Source of the DNA: Bacteroidales bacterium
Lineage (GTDB): Bacteria > Bacteroidota > Bacteroidia > Bacteroidales > UBA10428
Direction of reading: 5' to 3'
NCBI GenBank assembly: GCA_016933335.1
Contig: JAFGBD010000021.1
Coordinates: 7,665 to 71,664 of the forward strand
Length of the DNA stretch: 64,000 nt
Of the stretch, positions 7,579-17,106 are shown piece after piece. A program made the translations under genes and the position numbers. Below the pieces are notes generated by a model. The model worked only from the letters and a program-made list of their open reading frames with translations. It had not been told where the DNA came from and searched no databases. How positions within the stretch are numbered: position 1 is the stretch's first letter; each line of letters opens with the position of its first letter.

Positions 7579-10431
7579 ATGTCTTTTGAGAATTATTTAA
7601 CCCGCCATATTGGTCCCCGGGAGGATGAAGTACCATACATGTTGAAAAAAATAGGCGTAAATACCCTTGATGAGTTAATAGATAAAACAATACCTGACTC
7701 AATCAGAATGGACAAATCCCTTGATTTACCCGACAGTCTCTCCGAAAATGAATATTACGGGTATATCAGGAAAATTGGTGCAAAAAATAAGATATATAAA
7801 TCATATATCGGTATGGGCTATTATGGTACCATACTCCCCGCTGTTATCCGCAGGAACATCCTTGAAAATCCGGGCTGGTACACATCATATACTCCATATC
7901 AGGCAGAAATATCGCAGGGCAGGCTTGAAGCTCTTCTTAACTTTCAGACAGTCATAATGGATTTAACAGGTATGGAAATTGCAAATGCATCACTGCTTGA
8001 TGAAGCCACTGCTGCTGCTGAAGCCATGACAATGATGTTCAACCTCCGTTCCAGGGAAGCAATACACAATGGATATAATGAGTTCTTTGTGGATGAGAAT
8101 ATTTTCCCGCAAACCATGCAGGTGCTTAAAACAAGAGCAAAACCACTGAGGATAAAAATAATAACCGGGAAATACGATCAGATTCAGTGGAAACCTGAAA
8201 TCTTTGGTGCCTTCTTGCAATACCCGTCCGGTGATGGCAAAATAAGACAATATGCCGGTTTTGTCCGGGAAGCACATCATAATCATTCTCTGGTTGCAGT
8301 GGCAGCAGATATCATGAGTCTCGTCCTGTTAATCCCTCCCGGTGAATGGGATGCCGATGTGGTCGTCGGTTCCACACAAAGGTTTGGCATTCCTATGGGA
8401 TATGGAGGTCCTCATGCGGCCTATTTTGCAACACGCGATGAGTTTAAAAGAAGTATTCCCGGCAGGATAATAGGAGTTTCAATTGATGCGGACGGGAACA
8501 GGGCACTCAGAATGGCATTGCAGACACGGGAGCAACATATCAAGCGCGAGAGAGCGACTTCCAACATCTGTACCTCCCAGGCCCTGCTGGCTAACATGGC
8601 TGGTATGTATGCTCTTTATCACGGAGCCGAAGGATTAAAAAATATTGCCCATCGTATTCATAGCAGTGCAGCCAGGTTAAATGAGAAACTGAATGAAACG
8701 GGTTATCAGCAGGAAAATTCAGATTTTTTCGATACTTTAAAAGTTATCCTGCCTGCAAATATCAGCAGACGAGACATTGAATTTCTCGCACTGGAACGAC
8801 AAATAAATTTCAGATATCATGATGATAAAACCGTTGGCATCAGTATTGACGAAACTACCACACTGAATGATCTGAATAAACTGATTGAGGTTTTTTCCTA
8901 TGCCAATAAGAGACATGTTAAAAGCATTGAATCAATTGAAGGCCCTGCGGGATTCTCCGGAATTTTCGAGCGTAAAAGCAAATTTCTGGCTAATAATCTG
9001 TTTCACGCTTACAGATCAGAAACAGAGATGATGAGGTATATAAAGAAACTTGAAAGAAAAGATTTTTCTTTGACCCACTCCATGATCCCCCTTGGTTCAT
9101 GCACCATGAAACTCAATGCGGCCAGCGGAATGCTGCCATTGTGCTGGCCTGAATTCAGCGAAATTCATCCGTTTGTACCAATCGACCAGGTAGAAGGTTA
9201 CCAGCAACTGTTTCATGAACTGGGCAGATTCATGCGAAAAATCACCGGCTTTGAGGCAATTTCTTTTCAACCCAACTCCGGCGCTGCAGGAGAATATGCC
9301 GGACTGATCGTTATCAGGAAGTATCATGAAAGCAGGCATGACGGACACAGGGATATTGTTCTGATACCTTCTTCAGCTCACGGGACAAACCCTGCAAGTG
9401 CTATTATGGCAGGTATGAAAGTGGTCGTTGTTAAATGTGATGAAAAGGGGAATGTGGATTTACAGGATCTGAAAGCAAAGGCTGAAAATAATAAGGAATA
9501 TCTTGCTGCATTCATGATAACCTATCCCTCTACCCACGGAGTATTTGAATCTGCAATCAGGGAAATGGCGGATATCATTCACAGTAACGGTGGTCAGGTT
9601 TATATGGACGGTGCAAATATGAATGCGCTGGTCGGTCTTACCAGTCCTGCCATGGTTGGAGCTGATGTATGCCATATCAATCTGCATAAAACATTTGGTA
9701 TTCCTCATGGCGGAGGTGGTCCGGGGATGGGGCCCATTGCTGTGGCAGAACATCTCGTTGAATTTTTACCGGCTCATCCTGTTGTCCCTACCGGGGGTAT
9801 TAACGGTGTGGGAGCAGTCTCCTCAGCACCATACGGAAGTGCAAGTATCCTGACAATTTCCCATGCCTATTGCTGGATGCTCGGTGCAGAAGGCCTTACA
9901 CAGGCATCCAAAACAGCCATTTTAAACGCCAACTATATTGCAGCTTGTTTGAAAGACTGTTACAATGTCCTGTATAAAGGTGAAAACGGATTCGTAGCTC
10001 ATGAAATGATCCTTGATTGCCGCGAATTCAAACTGATGGCTGATATCTCAGAAGCAGATATCGCCAAAAGATTGATGGACTATGGATTCCATGCACCTAC
10101 CCTCTCTTTTCCCGTGCATGGCACAGTCATGGTTGAGCCAACTGAAAGCGAGTCGCTCCAGGAACTTGACAGATTTATCGAAGCAATGAAATCCATTTAT
10201 AACGAAATAACCGAAATTAAAAAAACCGGTAACAGGGAAAATAACCTCCTTAAAAATGCGCCTCATACAGAAAAAATGATCATTTCTGATGCATGGGATT
10301 ATCCGTATTCCCGGCAAAAAGCTGCATTTCCCCTGAAATGGATTGAGGAAAATAAATTCTGGCCTTCAGTCAGACGAATTGATGATGCCTTTGGTGATAG
10401 AAACCTGGTATGTTCATGCACAGAAACTTAA
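7579..10431 (+). CDS. gcvP: glycine dehydrogenase (decarboxylating), single-chain P-protein
   Basis: 950 aa. The canonical 'FxxRHIGP' N-terminus, 'TYPSTHG' and the PLP-lysine region 'CHINLHKTFGIPHGGGGPG' are all present. Confidence 0.97.
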   Translation: MSFENYLTRHIGPREDEVPYMLKKIGVNTLDELIDKTIPDSIRMDKSLDLPDSLSENEYYGYIRKIGAKNKIYKSYIGMGYYGTILPAVIRRNILENPGWYTSYTPYQAEISQGRLEALLNFQTVIMDLTGMEIANASLLDEATAAAEAMTMMFNLRSREAIHNGYNEFFVDENIFPQTMQVLKTRAKPLRIKIITGKYDQIQWKPEIFGAFLQYPSGDGKIRQYAGFVREAHHNHSLVAVAADIMSLVLLIPPGEWDADVVVGSTQRFGIPMGYGGPHAAYFATRDEFKRSIPGRIIGVSIDADGNRALRMALQTREQHIKRERATSNICTSQALLANMAGMYALYHGAEGLKNIAHRIHSSAARLNEKLNETGYQQENSDFFDTLKVILPANISRRDIEFLALERQINFRYHDDKTVGISIDETTTLNDLNKLIEVFSYANKRHVKSIESIEGPAGFSGIFERKSKFLANNLFHAYRSETEMMRYIKKLERKDFSLTHSMIPLGSCTMKLNAASGMLPLCWPEFSEIHPFVPIDQVEGYQQLFHELGRFMRKITGFEAISFQPNSGAAGEYAGLIVIRKYHESRHDGHRDIVLIPSSAHGTNPASAIMAGMKVVVVKCDEKGNVDLQDLKAKAENNKEYLAAFMITYPSTHGVFESAIREMADIIHSNGGQVYMDGANMNALVGLTSPAMVGADVCHINLHKTFGIPHGGGGPGMGPIAVAEHLVEFLPAHPVVPTGGINGVGAVSSAPYGSASILTISHAYCWMLGAEGLTQASKTAILNANYIAACLKDCYNVLYKGENGFVAHEMILDCREFKLMADISEADIAKRLMDYGFHAPTLSFPVHGTVMVEPTESESLQELDRFIEAMKSIYNEITEIKKTGNRENNLLKNAPHTEKMIISDAWDYPYSRQKAAFPLKWIEENKFWPSVRRIDDAFGDRNLVCSCTET

Positions 10432-10533
10432 GATTATTTTGAATAAAAGACTTTATCGTTCAGCAATCATTGGTTTCATCAATAGTCTGTAAAATAAGTC
10501 CTGCTGATATGGTCTTTAAATAATCTGTAAGCA

Positions 10534-12129
10534 ATGAAAAAGAGACATCAACTCCTGGTCTGTAGCATTATTTTATCATTAAATAGCATAACCGCCCAAA
10601 TATGGGTACCTGATCTGGGAAACGGAACATATCAGAATCCTGTTATTTATGCCGATTATTCAGATCCTGATGTTATCAGGGTGAACGATGATTTTTTTCT
10701 TGTTGCATCAAGTTTCAACTGCATGCCCGGCATTCCGGTTTTGCATTCCAAAGATCTGATCAACTGGAGAATCATCAACCATATCTACCAGTCGCTACCG
10801 TTTGAAAAATACAATAAACCGGTTCACGGTGAAGGCTCGTGGGCTCCTTCCATTCGTTTTCACAACGGATTGTATTATGTTTTTTTCTGCACACCCCACG
10901 AGGGCCTGTTCATGGCCAGAACCGGCGATCCTTCTGGTCAGTGGGAATTACATCATATAGTGGATGTTGAGATGTGGGAAGATCCCTGTCCTTTCTGGGA
11001 TGATACACCTGGACCTGACGGTGAGAAAAATGCTTACCTGGTAAGAAGCAAATTATGCGGAAATGCCCTTTATCTTCATAAAATGAGTGCTGACGGAACA
11101 AAAATACTTGATAACGGTACCATGATATTCCAGGATATCAGTCAGCCAACAATCGAAGGACCCAAACTCTACAAACGAGGCGGCTACTACTATATTTTTG
11201 CTCCGGCAGGAGGTGTCCCGCATGGATGGCAGACGGTATTACGATCAAAAAATATCTACGGACCTTATGAAACAAGGAATATAATACATCAGGGAAATAC
11301 TGACATAAACGGGCCCCACCAGGGAGCACTGGTCGAATTGAAATCCGGTGAATGCTGGTTCATGCATTTTCAGGATAAAGGCCTTTATGGCAGGATTGTG
11401 CATCTGCAACCTGTTAACTGGATGAATAACTGGCCTCTGGCAGGAACAGACATCAATAACGATGGAATAGGTGAACCGGTTGCCAGATATAAGAAACCGG
11501 TCACAGGAAAGAATAGCACAGTTATGGTACCCCAGACTTCCGATGAATTCAATTCAGACAAGCTGGGATTACAATGGCAATGGCATGCAAATCCAAAAAA
11601 TGAATGGTACAGTCTTCTGATAAATCCAGGCTCATTAAGGCTTTACACTGTAAATAATCCCACACAGAACGGAAATTTCTGGTTTGTACCCAACCTGCTG
11701 CTGCAAAAATTTCCTTCCCCTGCATTTACGGTAACCACCAGGATCGATTTTAAAGGTGATATGGAAAATGACAGGGCCGGACTGATAATCATGGGTGAAA
11801 GGTGGAAATACCTTGCAATGGTTAAAACCAAAACCGGAACAAAACTGGAAACTGGTGAAGGTTCATTCAACCAGTGCGATGACATGACACTTGTTGTTGA
11901 ATCAGCTGAAATCAATAACAATGTATGCTATTTGAGGGTAACTTTAAATCCTGACGGTATCTGTCAGTTCAGCTATAGCACTGATAATCAAAAATATGCT
12001 TTAACCGGTAAGGAATCCAAAGCTCAGAAAGGCAGATGGATCGGTGCAAAGGTCGGCTTGTTCTGCATCAGTCCCGGTATCAGCAAAAGCCCCGGATATG
12101 CCGATTTCGACTGGTTCAGGTTTGAATAA
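10534..12129 (+). CDS. glycoside hydrolase family 43 (beta-xylosidase/arabinofuranosidase type) with a C-terminal beta-sandwich domain
   Basis: Signal peptide (SITA|Q). Carries 'NPVIYADYSDPDVIRV', 'WAPSIRFHNGLYYVFF' and 'EGPKLYKRGGYYYIF', which are typical GH43 blocks. Confidence 0.85.
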   Translation: MKKRHQLLVCSIILSLNSITAQIWVPDLGNGTYQNPVIYADYSDPDVIRVNDDFFLVASSFNCMPGIPVLHSKDLINWRIINHIYQSLPFEKYNKPVHGEGSWAPSIRFHNGLYYVFFCTPHEGLFMARTGDPSGQWELHHIVDVEMWEDPCPFWDDTPGPDGEKNAYLVRSKLCGNALYLHKMSADGTKILDNGTMIFQDISQPTIEGPKLYKRGGYYYIFAPAGGVPHGWQTVLRSKNIYGPYETRNIIHQGNTDINGPHQGALVELKSGECWFMHFQDKGLYGRIVHLQPVNWMNNWPLAGTDINNDGIGEPVARYKKPVTGKNSTVMVPQTSDEFNSDKLGLQWQWHANPKNEWYSLLINPGSLRLYTVNNPTQNGNFWFVPNLLLQKFPSPAFTVTTRIDFKGDMENDRAGLIIMGERWKYLAMVKTKTGTKLETGEGSFNQCDDMTLVVESAEINNNVCYLRVTLNPDGICQFSYSTDNQKYALTGKESKAQKGRWIGAKVGLFCISPGISKSPGYADFDWFRFE

Positions 12130-12173
12130 ACTGGAATAGTATAAATTGTTATGAGATACAAAAAATGAATGAC

Positions 12174-12923
12174 TCAGAAATGCAGCTTTTGTTTTAAATT
12201 TTTCAACCCGCTTTTGCTTACTTTTAAGGTAGCACCATTCTTCATTTTGGCAACATAGGTGTCTTTGCCAAAAGGCTCCAGCTGTATCACCTGATCTATT
12301 CTTACGATATATGACCGATGAACCCTGATGAATGCATTGCTGTCAAGATTTTGTTCGAAAAATGACATGGTTGCCTGCTTCAGGTGCTTCCCCTCATCGG
12401 TATAAATCATCACATAATCATCCTGGGCTTCAAGATAATTGATTTTTTCCACGGGGATAACTTTTATTTTAATTCCTGTTTTAACCACAACCCGCTCAAG
12501 CTTTTCTGTTAAAGGCTGACGAACAAGCTTCTGAATATTTTCGGGCCTTTGTTCCTTTTGCTTTATCCTCTTGACGGCCTTTTGCACAGCCTCTGTCAAC
12601 CTTTCGGCAGAATAAGGCTTCATGAGATAATCAATGGCGTTCATTTCAAAAGCCTTGATTGCATACTCATTATGGGCAGTAACAAAAATTACTTCCGGAG
12701 TATCGTCAAGAATTTCAAGCATCTCGAATCCGTTTAGTTTGGGCATTTGGATATCAAGAAAAATCAGGTGCGGCTTCAATTCCTGGATGGCTTTCATCCC
12801 TTCAAATCCGTTGCTGCATTCACCTATGATGTTGATCTCCGGTATGTTCCTTATATAATTTTTTACCAGTTCACGTGCGAGCTCTTCATCATCAATTATC
12901 AAAGCTTTAATCTGATCATCCAT
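12174..12923 (-). CDS. LytR/AlgR-family response regulator (REC + LytTR)
   Basis: REC domain ('ALIIDDEELARE...LDIQMP') followed by a LytTR DNA-binding domain ('INYLEAQDDYVMIYT...FIRVHRSYIV'). Confidence 0.9.
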   Translation of the reverse strand: MDDQIKALIIDDEELARELVKNYIRNIPEINIIGECSNGFEGMKAIQELKPHLIFLDIQMPKLNGFEMLEILDDTPEVIFVTAHNEYAIKAFEMNAIDYLMKPYSAERLTEAVQKAVKRIKQKEQRPENIQKLVRQPLTEKLERVVVKTGIKIKVIPVEKINYLEAQDDYVMIYTDEGKHLKQATMSFFEQNLDSNAFIRVHRSYIVRIDQVIQLEPFGKDTYVAKMKNGATLKVSKSGLKNLKQKLHF

Positions 12924-12989
12924 AATATTAGGTTTTTAATGAAATGTTCATAAGTTAAATAAACCAGGCGAATCAATTAACCAAATTAA

Positions 12990-14075
12990 TTATATACGGG
13001 CAAATTTCTTATCATCAAATCCTCCTTCTGTTTGAGGAAAAGTGAAAGCAACTTCAAAAATACCATCCTTGCTGTCAATCTTTAAAAGATTATCACTGTT
13101 GTAAATTATCCTTAACCTGTGTCTTATATTCTGCAACCCGATTCCCTCACCTTTATTGATGATCAGGTCAGGATCAAAGTTATTCCTGACAGATAAGCGA
13201 AGAACATTTTCGCTGCAGCTGCAACTCAATTCGATGGTTGACTCTTCAATATTTTCATAAACACCATATTTGATCGCATTTTCAATCACAGGCTGCAGAA
13301 TCAGCCATGGCAATTTCCTGCTCAGGCATTCATCCCCTATTCTGGTAATGATATTGAGCCTGTTACCAAATCTTATTTTTTCGATATCCAGGTATCTGTT
13401 CACATTGTTTATTTCCTGGCCCAGGGTTGTCAGGTGTCTGTCATCCTTTGATAATGAATATCTTAAAAACTCTGATAATTTTATAATCATCTCCCTTGCC
13501 CTCTCAGGACTGATGATCGTCAGTGAGCTTATTGAATTCAGGCTGTTGAATAAAAAATGCGGATTGATCTGAGATTTCAGTGAGCTCAATTCCGATTCTT
13601 TGATCAGGGCTTTTAATTCTCCTTCACTGATTACTTTTTCCCTGAAATTATGGTAATAGATAAGCAGATTGTATATGAGCACAATGAGGAAGTAATATGC
13701 CAGGCCTGCTATTGGTCTCCAGGGAATTGACTCCTTCAGATAGGCAATATATTCAGTATTCTCCCTGAAGGTGGTTGCCAGGAACAAATAGGTCACACCA
13801 AACCATAATCCGCTGGCAATCATACTCATAATGATTTGCTGAAAAAGTGATATCAGGATATTGGATTTTCTGTAACTGATATAAAATACCGGATACCATA
13901 GACTCAGGCCAAGCAGTGCTATGATGAAATTGGCTACTAAAGCTTCAGAAAGAGATATCTCAATGCCAAAATCATGGTAACTTGAGAGTATAATGAGGTG
14001 AACAGCTGCAATCAGTATCCAGATACCTGCATACAGGTAAAAATAAGTCCGGTTACCATACAGAGGATTATTCAC
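12990..14075 (-). CDS. membrane sensor histidine kinase (LytS/YehU-type His_kinase + HATPase)
   Basis: Multi-TM N-terminus. 'QINPHFLFNSLNSI' is the His_kinase (PF06580-type) motif. C-terminal ATPase blocks are 'LILQPVIENAIKYG' and 'GEGIGLQNI'. Confidence 0.85.
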   Translation of the reverse strand: MNNPLYGNRTYFYLYAGIWILIAAVHLIILSSYHDFGIEISLSEALVANFIIALLGLSLWYPVFYISYRKSNILISLFQQIIMSMIASGLWFGVTYLFLATTFRENTEYIAYLKESIPWRPIAGLAYYFLIVLIYNLLIYYHNFREKVISEGELKALIKESELSSLKSQINPHFLFNSLNSISSLTIISPERAREMIIKLSEFLRYSLSKDDRHLTTLGQEINNVNRYLDIEKIRFGNRLNIITRIGDECLSRKLPWLILQPVIENAIKYGVYENIEESTIELSCSCSENVLRLSVRNNFDPDLIINKGEGIGLQNIRHRLRIIYNSDNLLKIDSKDGIFEVAFTFPQTEGGFDDKKFARI

Positions 14076-14084
14076 AGCAATGAA

Positions 14085-14783
14085 TTAGAAACTTTTTATT
14101 TCTCCTCCGCCGAATATAACGGTCCCTTCTATTATCAGTTCTTTATCGCTCTTCTGTGATGATGAAGGATTAGAAAGGCGCTTATCAACTACTCCTCCGA
14201 AAATAGGGGTGATTTTAATTTTTACATCCCATTCCTCCGGAATGATCAGTTCAAAACCTCCGAACAAGGCAAAAAGTTCGATGACATTTTGTCCGTTTGC
14301 CAGTTTTGCTTTTGTGAAGATAAGTTTCTGGCCGCCAAAGATGCTGGTAAGCTTCCCGCCCTGGAAATTATCAGAATGAATCATTTTTTCAGTTCCGCCA
14401 AAAACAATAACCTCATCTATAATATCAACTGTTGATTTTCCATAGGCATGGAATCTCCTGTGAGATTTATGGTGAAACATGATGACCAGTCCGATAATAA
14501 TCAGCATGGAAGGCCAGAATAACTGCCAGAAATTAAAGTCAATATCAATAAAACTTCTGATATAAAAAGCTGCACCTATACAAAGTACAATTATCCCAAA
14601 CGCTTTACTTTCGTGGGTAAATAATGCAATCAGTCCGACACCTATCAACAACATCTCCCACCGTAAAAAGTAACGTTTGATCTCGTATCCGTAATCAGTA
14701 AAATTGGTTGCCAGTAAAGCGGCTCCTGCCAGAATGATGATTATGCCGACAATTAGTCTTTTATCAACAGGTTTTCGTACCAT
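14085..14783 (-). CDS. LiaF/DUF2154-like membrane protein
   Basis: Four N-terminal TM helices, then five iterations of a hydrophobic-FGG motif (VFGGTE, IFGGQK, LFGGFE, IFGGVV, IFGGGE), as in LiaF C-terminal domains. It lies 9 nt upstream of the kinase gene. Confidence 0.65.
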   Translation of the reverse strand: MVRKPVDKRLIVGIIIILAGAALLATNFTDYGYEIKRYFLRWEMLLIGVGLIALFTHESKAFGIIVLCIGAAFYIRSFIDIDFNFWQLFWPSMLIIIGLVIMFHHKSHRRFHAYGKSTVDIIDEVIVFGGTEKMIHSDNFQGGKLTSIFGGQKLIFTKAKLANGQNVIELFALFGGFELIIPEEWDVKIKITPIFGGVVDKRLSNPSSSQKSDKELIIEGTVIFGGGEIKSF

Positions 14784-14900
14784 AATGAATCCTCCAATTT
14801 ATTAGAATGATGATTCAAAAATATGAAGCAATATCAATTTAAAAAACAAGAAATCGGTAAATGACAGTCTGAAATCGGTAAATTGCACTATTTTTAACAG

Positions 14901-15749
14901 ATGATTTATTACTGCAAATTAATCAAATATCCTTTGATTCCTATAAATAAAACAATAATTCGTACATACTTACTGATTCTTGCTCTCCCTTTTACCCAAT
15001 GTACAAAAGACAGCACAGGCCTGATTTCAGGAGAGCAGGAAACCGATCTGGGCAGGAAAGTGGATAGTCTGATAACGTGCTTTTCTGAACAGTTCCCTGT
15101 ACTTGATACCGCTGCATATCATAACGCTTACGCCTATATCGACACCATGCTGTCAGAAATTTTACAGTCAGGGGAATTACAACGCAAAAATACACATGAC
15201 TACCAGATAAGAATAATTGACCGGGATATCATACATACTTTTGCAGCACCGGGTGGTTACATATATTTTTATACCGGTTTGATAAACCGGCTTGATAACG
15301 GTGCACAGTTTGCGGGTATAATGGCTCATCAGATAGCACATATCGACCGCCGGCATATAACCGGTAACCTGGAAACCATATATCATATTGATCCGTTGCT
15401 TTCAGTGATCTGGTATAATAATTCAGATGTCCTCGCCGGGATCACAGGTTATCTTACCGGAGAATCAGGCACTCCGGCATTCAGCAGCCAGCAGGAGTAT
15501 GAAGCAGATGAATTTGCTGTTAAATACCTGGCAGATACAGATTATGAGCCCAGGGGAATCTTATATTTTTATATTAAACTGGATCAGATCTCTGAGTCCG
15601 TTTCTAATCTGCCATTTCTGAATATACATGCGGATCCGGGCAACCGTCTGGAATTAATTGAAAGGGTGTGGGAAGATCTTGACAGTCCCGAAGGGGATTT
15701 ATTTTCCAGTGAATATAACAGCTTTAAACTTTTACTGGCAGGGGACTGA
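14901..15749 (+). CDS. M48-family peptidase homolog with a non-canonical HQxxH site (lipoprotein-like)
   Basis: 'FAAPGGYIYFYTGL', 'IMAHQIAHIDRRH' and 'EYEADEFAVKYL' align with the M48 blocks, which read HExxH...ExxAD in active enzymes. A Cys-containing signal (PFTQC) is present. Confidence 0.75.
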   Translation: MIYYCKLIKYPLIPINKTIIRTYLLILALPFTQCTKDSTGLISGEQETDLGRKVDSLITCFSEQFPVLDTAAYHNAYAYIDTMLSEILQSGELQRKNTHDYQIRIIDRDIIHTFAAPGGYIYFYTGLINRLDNGAQFAGIMAHQIAHIDRRHITGNLETIYHIDPLLSVIWYNNSDVLAGITGYLTGESGTPAFSSQQEYEADEFAVKYLADTDYEPRGILYFYIKLDQISESVSNLPFLNIHADPGNRLELIERVWEDLDSPEGDLFSSEYNSFKLLLAGD

Positions 15750-15808
15750 ACCGGATTCAGCTTAAATGCCTCATATCTCAGAATATCTGTTTGGTATTCT
15801 GTATTTAA

Positions 15809-16927
15809 CTAAAAAGACAACCCGGCCCTGAAATCTAGAAAATCAGCCACCTGTCTGTGAGCTTTGATATTGGTCCCTATAAAAAGCTTTTTTGTCAGGT
15901 AGAAATTTAATCCATAGCGCTGAAAAACCTTGTCTCTGCGCTCAAATGGAGAATATAAATAAACGCCCAGCTGCTGGTAAAAATTGAATCTGCCTAGGAT
16001 AAGATCATGTCCGGCAAGAAGGGCGATGTACTTATGGTCGATGAAATCATCGTTTTTCATCAGACTGTCCTTTATGATTAATTTTCCGTCAGCCAGATCC
16101 ACTGTAAATTCTGCAGCCATTGACACTGCATGCTGGCGGCCAACAACATAGCTGAATCCCGGGGAAAAACCATAGACAGGATAACGATTGTGTCCTTTCA
16201 CAGCTGTTTTCCCTGTTGCAAAAACAGTAAGATCAAACCGATGGTTGTAAGGAATCAGTTTTACTGATTTATCCTTTGACCTGTGGATGTAAGGTAACGG
16301 ATTAAAATTGTATTCCAGGCCAATACTTGCAGAAGGGAAGTTAATACCTAAATTCGGATTTTTAATACCTCCGTTGGAAATATGATTAAAATCTGCTGAA
16401 ACCCTTAAATAGAGCCTTTCATTAATTACGTAGTTTAATCCAAGGTCAGCATGTACAATAAAACTGATAACAGAGCTGTAAAATTTATTACCCGGATTTT
16501 CAACTGAGTCAAATACATTGTTTAAAAAAGTCGGCCCCATTCCAAAACGTATGGTGGCATGCAGTTTTCTGTCACCGTTAATGGATGGTTCAACAAAAGG
16601 ATACAGTTCAAATGAACTTCCCAGCAGCTTCGGATTGGCAAAATTCGTATAGAAAAATGATACACCTGCCCTCGGATAGCAGAAACAATACTGCCAGCTT
16701 TTTTCCGACATCAGCTGCCAGTTGACATCAACCTCCAGACCCCAGGGAAAGGTTTTGGTAAGTCCTTCAAGCTTGCCGCTATGCTTTACAATGAACCCAT
16801 AATGCGGACGAAAACCGATTATCAGAGAACTTTTTCGCTCCTGACAAAAAATTTGAGTCATTAAATGCAAAAGACAAAAAATAATTGTTATTCTCCTGAA
16901 AAGCATAAATAAAGTTTTGCTTAACAA
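15809..16927 (-). CDS. acyloxyacyl hydrolase / PagL-like outer-membrane beta-barrel protein
   Basis: Signal peptide (QIFC|Q). Alternating beta-strand pattern with a C-terminal aromatic residue (..GLSF). 'NHISNGGIKNPNLGINF' resembles the PagL His-x-Ser-Asn catalytic block. Confidence 0.55.
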   Translation of the reverse strand: MLSKTLFMLFRRITIIFCLLHLMTQIFCQERKSSLIIGFRPHYGFIVKHSGKLEGLTKTFPWGLEVDVNWQLMSEKSWQYCFCYPRAGVSFFYTNFANPKLLGSSFELYPFVEPSINGDRKLHATIRFGMGPTFLNNVFDSVENPGNKFYSSVISFIVHADLGLNYVINERLYLRVSADFNHISNGGIKNPNLGINFPSASIGLEYNFNPLPYIHRSKDKSVKLIPYNHRFDLTVFATGKTAVKGHNRYPVYGFSPGFSYVVGRQHAVSMAAEFTVDLADGKLIIKDSLMKNDDFIDHKYIALLAGHDLILGRFNFYQQLGVYLYSPFERRDKVFQRYGLNFYLTKKLFIGTNIKAHRQVADFLDFRAGLSF

Positions 16928-17106
16928 AATTACAACTATATTTTTGTCATTTGCCAGTATTGCAAAGTCAATCCTGTCTGCCAGACAATTGATTTAACAA
17001 TGCCCCTATTAACAGTAATAATCCTTCCGCTTATTTAACCATCCAGCATTGCAATCACTCAGATGATGTAAGTCAGGCATAACTGTTTAAAAAAATCTGA
17101 TACTTA

